Below, one piece after another: positions 24,968 through 38,026 of a DNA stretch of 64,000 nt (position 1 is the first letter of the stretch; each line of letters starts with the position of its first letter). The stretch is from positions 180,052 through 244,051 of the forward strand of contig JAAOMT010000183.1 of NCBI GenBank assembly GCA_016748015.1, written 5' to 3'. A model generated the notes under the pieces. That model did not search any database, was not told where the DNA came from, and saw nothing but the letters and a program-made list of their open reading frames with translations. This DNA comes from Geosiphon pyriformis uo1 (Eukaryota > Fungi > Glomeromycota). A program made the position numbers and the translations under genes.

Positions 24968-26714
24968 TTATTCTGATAAATGAATCCAAGTTAAAGTCCA
25001 AAAGATTATTGTATAAATTATGGTCATCCCATTAGGTTGATATTGTAGAGCACTACTCCATTCAATCGTATCATTTGTTAAACTTGGCGTATAACCACCA
25101 CCATCTTCTGGTTCATTAATCTCATCATTAATGTCCCCATCTTCAGTCGGAATATTGTCGGTTCCATTATTTGGTTGTTCAGGTTTAAAGTTAGTTATCT
25201 TCTTTTTCGGCAAAGGCCCGGAGTCAACAAGGGCCAATGGATTCCAAAGCATCCACCATTCATCTACGCCTGAATCATTTTCTAGTATTTTCGCCAGGAT
25301 TTTTGAATATTTTCCATCATTATCACCATAATATTGTTTTGCTGCATATAATGGAACCAAAAAATAAATAGAGTTTTCATTTTTTGGCAACCCTTTTTTC
25401 ACTAAAAAATCTATTGCTGTTTTAATTGTTGCTCCTTCTTTTGTTTTTGCCTCCCACAAATTAGGGGTACCTGGAATTTTTACTGATAGGCGTGCTATGT
25501 AGGTAAGAGCTATGAGGTTAAAATATTGATAATGAAACGGCCTCTGAAAAAGATAGTGGAGATGTTAAATTATTGAAAAAAAGGGGAGTAACTAATTATA
25601 TCAAATTTAAAGTTGAAAACTTACTGTACGACCACTTTCCAATTCCTGTTCACCCGATGAAGAAATTTGTTCTTGGAATTGTCGATTCATATAACTCGTT
25701 ATAAGTCTGGAAGCCTTTGCGTCTTGACCTGTCCAAGCGAGATAAGTTGCCAATTGAACAATATAAAATGTCGCGTGATTATTCCCAGCATTTCTAGCGC
25801 CAGTCCCAAATTTGCTTTGAATAAGCCAATCAGCATATTGTCTGAACCAAATTTTCATGTCATACAAAAATTTTTTGCCGCCCGATTTGGACCTTCCAAG
25901 AATTTCAACACAACCTGGTATAAAAACCTTTTCGAATTTATGAAATATATCAATTATAAAAAATTTACACGTCAATTTCCTTATCAGAAAGAATGCTTAA
26001 GTGACTTACATAAAATCTTAAATCCAGAATTCCTTCAACGCGTCCGACCCAGCTATCAGGAAAACCAGGTCCTCTTATCACCTGTCCGTATTCAACACGA
26101 GGCGTCATACCGGTATTTTTATCCAGGAACCAAATATTTAATAAGTCAACTGCCTTTTTGGCATACTCTTCATCATCATACAGAAAATAATATATCGTTA
26201 ACGCGAGAACATCTGTGATCATGTTTCCTGACTCTTTTGGGTCGGCTAGTAATTTCAAATCAGACGCGAATAATCCATCTATTCGCTTGTATGGACAATC
26301 AATCATGGGATTTTTTACTCTTCGAATTTTTGAACAATCTGCATGAAGATACGGTGCCCATGAGTAGTATTCATGTTTATTACCGTTTGGTGGTATTTGC
26401 ATTCCTCTGCCTGTTGTCACCGTGTATGAGCCTTTATTCACTAGTGCGCTGTTAGCTTTCGCCTTAAGACTTCTAAGGGCTGCTTCTGCTATCCCAGGAT
26501 CTGTTAGATTATTTTCCTTGAAATATTTCAAGCCACTAATACTTATTAAATCAACTTGTAGGCCGGCTGCAAAAGGAAAACTTTCAATTAATAACAATTT
26601 TCCTTTTACAATGAAATATTGATTCAACTTACCATTTGAGAATAATACTTGAAACGAGATAAAAACTGCAGTAAAAAAAAAGTTTCTAATTTCGAAAAAA
26701 TATTTTGTTTTCAT
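24968..26714 (-). CDS. secreted alginate-lyase-family (PF05426-like) polysaccharide lyase, probable GPI anchor
   Basis: Introns 26632-26567, 26009-25928 and 25624-25544. Motifs: PPNGNKHEYYSWAPY, YKRIDG, WFLDKNTGMTPRVEYGQVIRGP, GILDLR, NNHATFY, QISSSGEQELESGRTRPFHYQYFNLIAL. N-terminal hydrophobic signal and C-terminal hydrophobic tail. Confidence 0.88.
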
Positions 26715-28759
26715 GTTTTTAACAAACTATAAAATAGAACTGCTGTTTTGACAAAATTGAATAGATTTCAAAAAATCAAAGAATTATTAAAAGTACACAA
26801 AGTTACAATATGCAAGAAAAATGTAGAAATTTATAAAGAAAATTTTTGAATAAAACGTGTAATTATAAACAGGTAAAATTATGTTACAAATGAAGAGTTT
26901 TTTAAGGAAAGGTGGACCCAATCAATGGGATTAAAGCTGGAAAGATGAGGCGATTTGATGTTGTTGGATAATGTTACAAGTTTGGTCAACCAAAAGCAAC
27001 AAAAATAAGGGAGAAAATAGGAGAGAAGAGAGAAGGAGAGAGAAAAGGGGAAGACCAAGGAACCTTGGGAATCAAGGCCCACAGAAAAAAGGGAAAAATA
27101 ACCAAAAAACCTTGTGTAGTTTCTGGATTTCTTTTTATAATATTTCTTTTTCATTATCCACATGGTAATCGTCTAATAACCACATGACAGTCGTGAATCG
27201 GGAATGATCAGGTTTAAAACATTTGGGTAATTTTAATGAATCATCTATGTATCACAAGGTAAATTGAATAAGATATTACCGAATAGAACAATGGATTCTT
27301 GATTACTTAATGTGGAATCGAAAGAAAATTTTGAAACAAAGTTTTTTTATGGACAAGACTTAGATATTGATAAATATTTCGATTGTGACTTTTCATATGC
27401 GAAAAAGGGAACGAAACGAACTTGACCAATCTAAAGTTATTAATTATTCATCAAAGAGAATCAATAAGGAGATTTGTTTATTCATTGTTAATAATATCCA
27501 GGGGGGTTTTGTTTACTTATATTTACCAGTTTCAAACCGATGACACAGTCATTCCATAAATAAGGATATAAATAGGGTTAATTTTAGAAACCATGAGCTT
27601 TAACGAAAAACATTGCAAAAAATTACTGTTTAAAGATTTTTAATGATAAACAAATTGCTACAAGTTTTGTAATCGTATCCACAATTTCTGAATTAATTTG
27701 CTTTGATATTCCTTTTTTATTAAAAAGCCACAAAAATTTGATGAGTTGGGTAAATTTTTCTCGTAAAAGAATATCCCAAAAAGGTTGAGTAAATTTCACT
27801 AAAAGTGTTTCATAGTTATATTAAGATCTTTGAGTTTCGTGTGAGGAAACAAACAAAAACACTGTTTTTAAAATCAAGGATTAAAAGTTAATCAAAATAT
27901 CATTTAAAAGACTCGGTCACTATATCTGACTGGATCTAATAATTTTTTGGTGAAATCACACAATCAAAACTAAAAACATTGACTTTTTTATTTCTAATTT
28001 AAACTCGACTTGGCAAATGTTTGTAAGATTAAATTAAAAAGGTTAAATTGTGTTGATGAATTTTTCGTCATTAGTTTCAGAAAAACTTTAAAACTAAGAA
28101 GTGACTAGATCATCTAGTTCATAAATTTTGCAAAGATAAAGTTATGATAATTTAATCTAGAACAATAATACAATAAAGTTATGATAACTTGGAACAATAA
28201 AATAAAAATTGCGGTTATGTCTTTTAAAAATTACTTAGTTTCATACAAGATTAATTTTGATTAAAATGCAAAAAAATAATTTGAATAAATGATTTATAAA
28301 TTTGAATTTTTTTACCGAAACATTAATAGAGACAATACATAAAATATTTTTACACAATGTTAAAAAATAATTTATTGTATGAAATTTGAAATGACATATT
28401 AAAATTAATATTCATACTAATATTTTTGTAATAAAATAATAAGCGTTCAAATTAAAAAATTTAATTCAAATTTTAACAATTGAAAATAGAAAAAATCAAG
28501 AAATATACATTGACTTTTTTAATTAATATTATTTATTTGTAAATATAACCGAAATTATAAAAATTTAATAAAATTAAAATAAAAAATAATAGAATTTTAT
28601 TTTATCTTATTGAATTTTATCAATAAATTTTATATTTTGAGCATTTTAATCAAAAAAACATAATATATCACTTTATAACAATTGTATTGTTATAAGTTGA
28701 AGTAACATGTTAAGAGATAGCAGAAAAAAAAGTAACTAAAAACAATATAAAAAATCTTA

Positions 28760-28990
28760 ACTAAAGAGCAAATTGAATTTGTAAACAATTTAATTAATGT
28801 GATCAGTCTGAAAAATTCACAGTTACTAATTATTTTAAAGAGAAATTTGAAGTTTGAAAAAAAAGTTTGTAATTGCTAATAAAAAATAACGTAGCTATTA
28901 TAATTCTATGCTTTAATCAGCCTTCTTAAAATTCAATAACAGATAATCATTATTTTTAGCAATTGTTTATTCAATGAATTACAAAAACAA
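28760..28990 (+). repeat. degenerate dispersed repeat, copy A (similar to 56148-56400)
   Basis: Collinear shared blocks with copy B: aaagag.aaatt, aatttgta, gatcagtct, ataatt.tatgc, ttctta.aatt.aataa.agata, tttattcaat. Confidence 0.5.
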
Positions 28991-31900
28991 GTCTTTTATT
29001 TTTCAATTTAATAAAAATCAAGAAAAAGAGAATAAAAGATATATATAGTTAACTTTAATTTAAAATTATATAGAAAATAAATTTTTTTTTGATTAATGTT
29101 TTTTTACAATTTTATTATATAACTAATAAAAAAACAAACAACAAAGTTAATTACTATAAATTATTATGTAAAATATTCAATTGTAGCAGTACTAATTATT
29201 TTATATATTTTATTCTGTAATATTTTCATTATTTTGAAATATTACTCAATAGCTTTGTAAACACTAAAGTTATAAAGATTTATATATTTTATATTTGATA
29301 TTAAAAATAAACTAAAATCAAATTTTATATTATTACAATTTAATAATTATTTTAAATTATATAAAATTAAACTTAAAATTTTAAAATTTTTTAAAGTAAA
29401 GTTGCAATTATTAACATTTTTAAAAACAAAAAAATCAAAAGAACATTGTCAACAACAATAACAACAACAACAACAATAATAATAATAATAATAAATAAAC
29501 TATAAGGTTTTTTAATGACAACTATTTCTTATACAATTAAAATTATAAAAATTTACAATAATATAAAAAAATTTAATTAAATTCAAGTTAAATAATTTGT
29601 TTGCTTTATATTATTATTATTATTATTTTGAAACTAAAATTTTTTATATTAATAATTTGTTTGAAATAAAACAAGTTAGTTTTATTTTTCATATAAAATT
29701 AATTATTTGTTAAAAAAAAATTTAGTGTCTGCAGATAGAACAAATTAATTAGTTTTTTTAATACAAATATTTTATTGGATTTGTAAAAAGTTAAAAAGAT
29801 CATCTTAATTAAGGATAATATTTTGTTTTAATTATAATCAAGCATGGAGGTTAGTTTTAAAAAACTTTAAATATTTTCAACACCAGATAAATATTTTAAA
29901 TTAATTTTTTATAGAATGATTTTTACATTCATTTTGATAGTTTCATTGTCAAGGTTTTTTGTTGAAATGAGAAGAACTATTACAAATTTATTGACCAAAC
30001 ACTTTTGAAGCATTTGCAGTAATTTTCTTTGGATGACCATTTCTTCTTGTATCATATATTGTGTAGAGGAAAATGTTTATTTTGCTATGTACAATTTGTA
30101 GCTCTTTGGGATCACGTATAACTTCATTATACAAATGTAATAAAGTCGAACATTTACTTTTTCCTGAAAGTTAACATTTTGTAGGCACGCTTCAACAAAA
30201 AAGGTAAAGCATGGTGGCAAAAGTGAAAGTGAAAGTGAAAATGAAAATTTTAATTTAATTTACAATTTTAGATATTGAAAATCTAATTTAAACTTGAGAA
30301 AGTTATACACAAACAAAGATAGATAGCTAGCTTGATAAAAATCTTTTAAAGGAAAATTTTTTAGTCTTTTCTCAATACACAATTCATTTTCAAAAAAAAA
30401 TTTGTGTACAACTTTTGAACAAAATCACAATTTTTACAAGATAATAGGTTTTTATTGTATTGTATTGTATTGACTAATGGAAATTTATAGTAGTATTTTA
30501 ATTATAAAAATATATTTGACAACAATAAGTGTGATTCTAAGAAAAAATTTATTATAGTTGTATTCTGTTTTTTACTATAAATAGAAAATTCAAACTCGCT
30601 ATATATATCAATGCCAATGAAGATAAGATTTTTCAATCATAAATATACAAATGATTGTTGATTTATAAACATCGTTTTTCTTGGCGATCTCGCCTATTGG
30701 TAACCTTTTACCATGTTGTGCACCGCGAAAGTATAAAATCTTCGGAATGGAAATTTTTTCTTTGCAATACCCGATGCAACCAGCTCGTCCGGTGTTTTCA
30801 GTGTATGGCTGAATCAATTTATTTTTAGAAAATTCAGAAATTTTCAATACCTATCTGTTCGCCAGTGACATGATAAGGATAAATTGGAATTTCAGTTTAA
30901 AAATAAACAAATCATTATTTTAAATTTTGAAAAGATCCATTTTGAAATCCTTCTATTTGGAAATACTGATTCACCCTTAAGCCACCGTCCTTCTCAAGTG
31001 GAAATTTTGGTGAGATACGCAAGAATTATTTATACATTAGAAATTAACAAATGATGGAAAAACTTTTCTCTGGAAAATTTAGGTAAAAGGTGCCACAAAA
31101 ACAAGATTCGCAGGGACCAGTTCAAAATTTCTAGGTTTAACGAATGGAAATAACCGAAACAAATTATTTTGAATTGGAATCATCAAGCTATGTTGTTAGT
31201 GGGAATCATTTGATAACATGGAACGACATTTCAATGACTCAATAGCCTTCACCAAAGCACTGAGGTAAAATCTGATACCGTTATCTTTGTGTAATTTTGT
31301 AGGATAGTGACAATTGTTTTGCCAAGAATTCATTAAAGTTTTCATTGGAAATGTAAAGTATAACTTGATTAGTAGTTTGATCGTTTTACTGAATGGTTCT
31401 CAGATATAAAACCTTATGTAGACAGATACAAGGAATTGTAATAGAGGGTGGCTAGGTTAGAAGTTAAAAGGCTTCACTCACTCAAACTTGGAAAGACGGA
31501 AAAATTTAAAAGCTTACCCTAAAACAAGTCACAATGTGATCAGCTTATCAAGTTTTTATCTTCTTGCGTTACTGTTTTTGATTCCGAGTGAACAGCTGAA
31601 GTTAACTATTTTTTGAAGGTTGACCAAGAGAGGTTGACCAAGAGAATTCGTAAAATCAAGCCTTATGATATATCAGAGAACATTGAAATATATAACGTAA
31701 TAACCGTTACAAATTTAAAGACAACTGAGAAATCACTATACAAAGCAGTACTTCAGATAAGACTTTTTATTTCAAAGACTAAAAATTAAGTAAGGCCAAT
31801 AAAATCAAGTTGAAAAATTAAAAAGAATACTTTTTGTGATAAAAATGAGTTTCATGATTGACCTACCCTAAACAAAATAATTAATTACAAGTTTTTCAAT

Positions 31901-34135
31901 TGGAATCATTAATTATCCCCATTGCCATTCCATTCCGTTCCCTTAAAGTTATCATTGGGAGGTGTCACTTATTTCATACGCGTTTACCACTTTTTAAATG
32001 TAAATGTAATAATGAAAATTTCCAATGTTTTTGGTTAGTAAGAATAAGATTCTTACGTGAACAAATATTAATTGATCAAAATTGAATGTGATTATTAAAA
32101 AATTTTATTGATCGTCAAAACCTATGTACTTACAATTCGGAGAAAACCTATGCTCTCTTGGTAAGCAAATGAGACTTGTACTTGTTATCAAAAACATAGA
32201 ACTTTCAAAGAAACTTTTATATTTCATCACTTTTTTAATTAAATTTTTAATTTGATGAAATCCCTTTACAAATAAAGCTGTTGCATTTGCAGCATATGTT
32301 ATATCTGATTATATCAAAATTTTTATCATTTATTTTATTATAGATTTTATCAACAAATAAAAAATTTTTCTCTTTGTTAAATCTTTTTAAAAGGGTAATA
32401 CTGTATTTGAGAAATGAGGTTTGCAATATTTGTAGATTTTACATCATATTATTTTCAAACCCATTATATGATCATAAATGCAAAATATAACTATTATAAT
32501 TTAAAGTTAGAAGTTTATAAACGCTTTCTTTTATAAGTATTGAAAAATTTTTATTTAAAATTATGAAATATTAATATATTTTAAATTATTTTACACTTTT
32601 TTTTTTGAACTTCGTTTAAGCAATATATTAATATAAAACTTTCAATCTTAAAAAACCCCTTTATTTTATTCTCAAAATTTTGCTTTAGATAATTTTGAAG
32701 TATCGTCCAATCCTATTTTTACAGTGATACTAATGAAGTATTAAGAAAATATTTATAGAGATGTATACTGTAAAGTTAAGCCCATTCGTCCTCACTGGTA
32801 TTTACCTATAGGATATCTCAAGAAATCAAAATAAATTTGGAATATTAGTGCCCAAAGTGCTTCCATCAAGCCTTTTTATTGATATTATCTATAAAAAGGC
32901 CCAAAATCATTAGATTATCGATAACGCTTTGCTCAATATATAAAGTGAATTTCATTAACTAAAGATAGTCAAAATCAACTCATTTGAAGATATCTAAACC
33001 CTTTTTGAGCAAGCCGATTTACTCATGATAATCAATCATCATCATCATCATCATGATGTCCTTTTTAAATTTGGATAGCCAGTTATATTAAATTTCCTTA
33101 AAAGATGTAGTTTCATAACTCCTTAAATGAAACATTTCAAAAGTTTCTGGATAAAAAAAGTACAGTTTCTTATTAAAAGAAGAAGCCATAAGAGACTGAC
33201 TGTGGGAACTTTTGAAATTATTTGTTCAGGTCCAGTCAAACCTTTAAATTAAAAGTTTTTCAAAGATCACTCCTACATACTTTCTGAAACTTTATGCCGA
33301 TTGTCGATATTTTTTGCCTCAAAGCAAAGAATGAAAGAATTAAATTAACTATTGGTAAAAAGAAGAACCCATACTAGGCTAAAATGATAGAAGTAGGAAC
33401 TTTGTTTCATTGTATTTACCAATCCTTTGAATCGTACATAATTTACCTTTCTCTTTCATGAGTTTTTTATTAAATCAATACTGATGAGATGAGACGTTGG
33501 ATAAAAATTTCTTATGATTTGGCCAAAAACAATTTAATTTTGAATTTCAAATACCCTCGTTTCGCAAATACGAATAGTCTTTGTTCCTCCTTCTGACAAA
33601 AAAATTGTGGCATTACAACAGAATTCTCAAACATCTCATAATACAGATGAAATTTTAAATTCATTTCCAAACATGAAGCTCGTAGAAAATGATGGATAGC
33701 ATGTCCCTACCATTCACAAAGTCCCTGCATAACTTAACTCAAATATATGCTGAACTTTATTGAGCAATAGCAAAACCCGGTTAAGGAAAGAAATATTTGT
33801 ACAAAACTGCTGTGCGATGATTGCATGCACCTTTATTAGCGTAGATGTGCAGAAACTTGAAACAAATAGGATTTGAAAAGTCAAATTATGAAAAAATCCT
33901 TGAAATAACGTTATTCGAAAGTGGCAAAATTCTGACAAAAAGTTTCAAAACTTGATTGTACTACTTCAATGTGAGAACACGTTTCTATTTTTCTCATGAA
34001 CACTGTTTTCCCTTGTCAAAACATTAGATTCGGAATAGATAAAAATTATCTTGATAAAATCAGATCATCTTTATAATAGAAGATGATCTAATATCTTATT
34101 CTCATGCTTATATAAAATACAATTACGATATATTC

Positions 34136-34180
34136 CCTCTCTCTCTCTCTTTATCCCTTCTTCTTCTTCTTCTTCTTCTT

Positions 34181-34211
<31 letters not shown>

Positions 34212-34224
34212 TTCTTCTTATTCT
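34136..34224 (+). repeat. (CT)n and (CTT)n pyrimidine microsatellite upstream of FKBP12
   Basis: Seen directly; ends about 40 nt before the ATG. Confidence 0.95.
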
Positions 34225-34266
34225 TAATCAACGAATTTTTTTTCTCTTAGTACTAACAATACAGAC

Positions 34267-35422
34267 ATGGTAAGTTTGACGGGAAGGTTGTATTTGTATG
34301 CAAGGCCCATTAAAAATTCTAGAACGTTTATTCGATCTTTTCACCATTCAAATGTTATGCAGGGTGTTACGGTCGAAACCATTAAGGTTGTATCACGCGA
34401 TTTTTTAATATTTTCATTTAAGCTTTGTGGAGATTTTAATTTAACTTTTTGTCACGGGTGATTGAATGAATGACTACTTGTTTTTTAGCGTGGTGATGGA
34501 ATCGTAAGTTCATTTTTCTGAAAACTCTTATATATTATGTCTATATTAATTAATTGCAATGAGGCAATCAAGTAATTTTTTTTCCTTCATCATCTTAAAA
34601 TAATGTAGAACTATCCAACTAAGGTAAAAGTATTGTGTTTAATTTTCTTTGGAAATTCTACATTATTGTCTTTTGACTCAATCTTTTGTTATAGGGCGAT
34701 ACTGTAAAGATTCATTGTAAGATATTTGATTTTTTAAAACTGAATCTCATCTCCATTTTTGCTTTGCCTGATAAGAGCGTCTAATTATTTAATACTTTTT
34801 TCACAATCAAAAGATGTTGGAACTTTGGAAAATGGTCAGAAATTTGACTCATCTTACGATCGGAATGAACCATTCAAGACCAAGATTGGAGTGGGTCAAG
34901 TTATTCGGGGTATTAAAAAGTTCTTATGAATATAGTATTTTCAATCTTATAGAATAATATAGTGATCTAATGAATCTTGTACCAATAATTTATTTAGGTT
35001 GGGATGAAGGTATGTTTTGTTTCTTTTTTTCAAATTATAAAATATTTGTGCTAATTTCAAATTCTATTCAGGTGTCACACAAATCAGTCTAGGTGAAAAA
35101 GCTAGATTAACCATCACTCCTGATTATGGATACGGCAAGAAAGGTGCCGGAAATTTGGTATGTTTGAAACCAAGATCCTTTTTATTTTCAATACATTTTC
35201 ACTTCAGAAATATTAATAATAATCTTAATGGCTGAATGGTAAAAAAATCATTTTCTGCTTAATGAACATACAGATCCCACCGAATTCCACTTTAATCTTG
35301 TAAGTTTTAGATTGATTTATATCACTCTTTGATGCTTTTTTGTCATCTTTATTCACCTTACTTTTTTTTGGCTCAATAATTATGATGATCACAGCGAAGT
35401 GGAACTTCTTGGAATTAATTGA
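34267..35422 (+). CDS. FPR1: FKBP12 peptidyl-prolyl cis-trans isomerase (FK506/rapamycin-binding), 108 aa, 10 exons
   Basis: Exons 34267-34269, 34363-34386, 34489-34503, 34609-34623, 34695-34716, 34814-34909, 34998-35009, 35072-35157, 35274-35299 and 35395-35422 (327 nt, all introns GT-AG) give [108 protein letters not shown]. Confidence 0.96.
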
Positions 35423-35883
35423 ATCTATATTGTTGCAAAAGTTCATTAATTTTGATTGGCGAATATTTATAGGGAATGGTTGTATTGGAATTAAAAACGC
35501 TTAAAAGAATTTTCCCGTAGTCATTGATTTTGGAAAATCATTACCTTTTAAGCTCAATAAAAAATCGTATATCGTGACTTTTTGGATTAAAAATTTACGA
35601 TCGTCGTGTCTGACGAGTTCTTTGTTTCATATTGAAGCATAAGTTCTAAATAGTTTATGAAAAAAAAAAAAAGTCTAATTTTGTTAAAACTTACACTAAA
35701 AACTCCTGAAACAGTTTGACAGTTTAAAAAAGAATATTTCAGCTAATTTGCAAGACATTTATAATTTCACAAAGATTTCATAGCAAATTTTTTTCGAAAA
35801 AAATGTTATTACTTGACAATAAACAAGTAAAAAAAAATTCGAATGTTTATATATTTATAAAATAAAGAAATTTATTGATATTT

Positions 35884-35920
<37 letters not shown>

Positions 35921-36809
35921 GGTTTTTTTCTCAAAATTTCTTTATGCAAAATATTAAACTTTTAAAAAAATATGTAAATTTCTCATTACTCGATACCACT
36001 GATCGAAGTTTCAAATTCTTTTTTCTGTTTCATTTGATTTTCTTCTTCTAGTTTTTTTCCTCTCTTTTACATTTAAATTTGAATCCTCATGTTAATGAAC
36101 CTAGTAGGGAAATTTGAACACATTTTTCATTTGACCCATTTTTTATGAATTCTTATTTTTTATTCTTCTTCATCGACAAAAATGATTCGTAAAGTGTACA
36201 TGCATTAGGCTTAAACTGGTAAACTGATATGCATTAAATTCAGAAGGTTTGATTTCTATCCGATTGAGATTACCCAACCAAATTCAGAATTTTCCCCTTT
36301 TGGATCTAAAATGATTAGACATTTTGTTCTACTTTGTTAGAGAACCCTCATTTTAGAAATCAAGTTTAGGCACATTATTGATGATATTTCGAGAATCTAA
36401 AGTTTTAATTTTAAAATTTCTTTTTCAACGGATTTACATTGACCAACAAAAACCCCTGAATTTATAAGCACGTACCAAAATGAACGCGATAAAATATAAT
36501 TTATATAAAAATAATATATTAAATGTATGTGTTTATATATATATATATATATGTAATTTTTTTCTCTCTTTCTCTAAAAAAAAAACCTCTCTACCAAATG
36601 AAGGATGAAAAACTAATTTACAAAACTTTTTATAGTACAAAGAATGACTGAATTTGTATAGCGTCGAGCATACAATTTTGGAGAAAAAATAAATATAGAA
36701 GGAAAATTTTCAAACCTTACTTTTCTATCGTGAGACAAAGCATTTTCCCAAGCAAATTAAAAAAAAGTTATCACAATAATCAACTTTCGCTAGCTACCAT
36801 CGATAGATA

Positions 36810-38026
36810 TCATTTACATAGAACGGTAGTACCGTCAGCATGACACGCTGTACTAGATGGACAATGGCGTTCTACATTTTTGCCATTATCACATGTATAG
36901 AAAATTGGATCGTTTCCGGAATCCTTACATGTCATTTGACCTTGTTGTGAGCAAGATGAACCATTTGAAGAAGTGGTAGTGGATGGACTAGCTGGTTTTA
37001 AAGGGGTAACATTTGATGGATCTGGCTTACTAGTTGTTGCTGATGATGGTTTCTTGGTATTCTTTGATTTCTTCTTTTTGCCAGATTTTGGCTTTTTACC
37101 AGTAGTTGGTTTTGATGGAGTTTGGGTGGTGGTTGGGGCTGTGGTGGTTGAAGCTGTGGTGGTTGGAGCTGGGCTGGTTGAATCCCCTTTTCCTGAACCA
37201 ACGATCTTTAATCCCATATTAGCATCAACATCACTCTGTAGTGGACCACTACCTTTCTCATTACCACGATTAGCTGAATCACCAGTTGGAGAAATAATTG
37301 TTGGGAACTTTGGAGGTAGATTAACACGTGTGATATCAATGATTGGTAATGGTTTGGTTGATTTTCCGACAATCTTCACGTCGGCACAATTCTGGTAGAA
37401 TTCACGATTACCAAGGGCATTAATCCATGACCAAGAGAAAATACATTTACCCGGTTTATCACATGTTGGAGCGTTCTCTGGAATTTTAACTTTCCATGAG
37501 AAGAAAATATCTGGACAAGTTCGATGATAGGTTGCAATCACCGTATACGTGACACCACCATCGTATGATAGAGAGAATTCGCAGAGACCACCATTATGAC
37601 GAGCTTGATCACGATCAGCGTCAGCGGCTGTTAAAGCGTTTGGAAAGTTTGGATTCCAAAATTTGACATCGATAATTTCACCAGCTTTATAGACTTGTGT
37701 GACCTTTGTGTCAGGCTGATAACCACCACATGGGAATGGCTTTACGGGACAACCGGCTCCACCGTTATATGGAGCTGTGATACAAGCAAAATCTTTTGTT
37801 GCAGCATTCGGATTCAATGGATGACCTCTTTTTGAAAACAAAAACAAAAAAAAAGTATAGAAAGAAATTTGAGTTAGATTTCGAATTTGATTTAAGACCA
37901 TTAAATAATTCAATTGAATCATAAATGAAACAAGGCAAACCTTGGAAGAGGATTCATCATACTACTGTGTGCGGAAACCAAAGCGAGCGAGGAAGCCAAA
38001 AAAGCGAGAGAACCAGTAAACTTCAT
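36810..38026 (-). CDS. AA11-like lytic polysaccharide monooxygenase with C-terminal Cys-rich (CBM19/X278-like) module
   Basis: ATG 38026, signal peptide MKFTGSLAFLASSLALVSA followed directly by His (HSSMMNPLPR), intron 37940-37828. Motifs FPCGG, ARHNGGLCEFSLSYDGG and WSWINALGNREFYQNCADV, then an S/T/K linker and a 6-Cys tail. Confidence 0.9.

Noticed and set aside
25667-26622. + strand ORFs overlapping the lyase
   Set aside because: Antisense shadows with no recognisable motifs.
33700-33940. Possible decayed F-box gene on the minus strand (LPLSNNVISRIFS*F)
   Set aside because: The similarity is too weak to call by eye.
36973-37398. 141-aa Val/Gly-rich + strand ORF
   Set aside because: It is the antisense shadow of the Thr/Pro/Lys linker of the LPMO.
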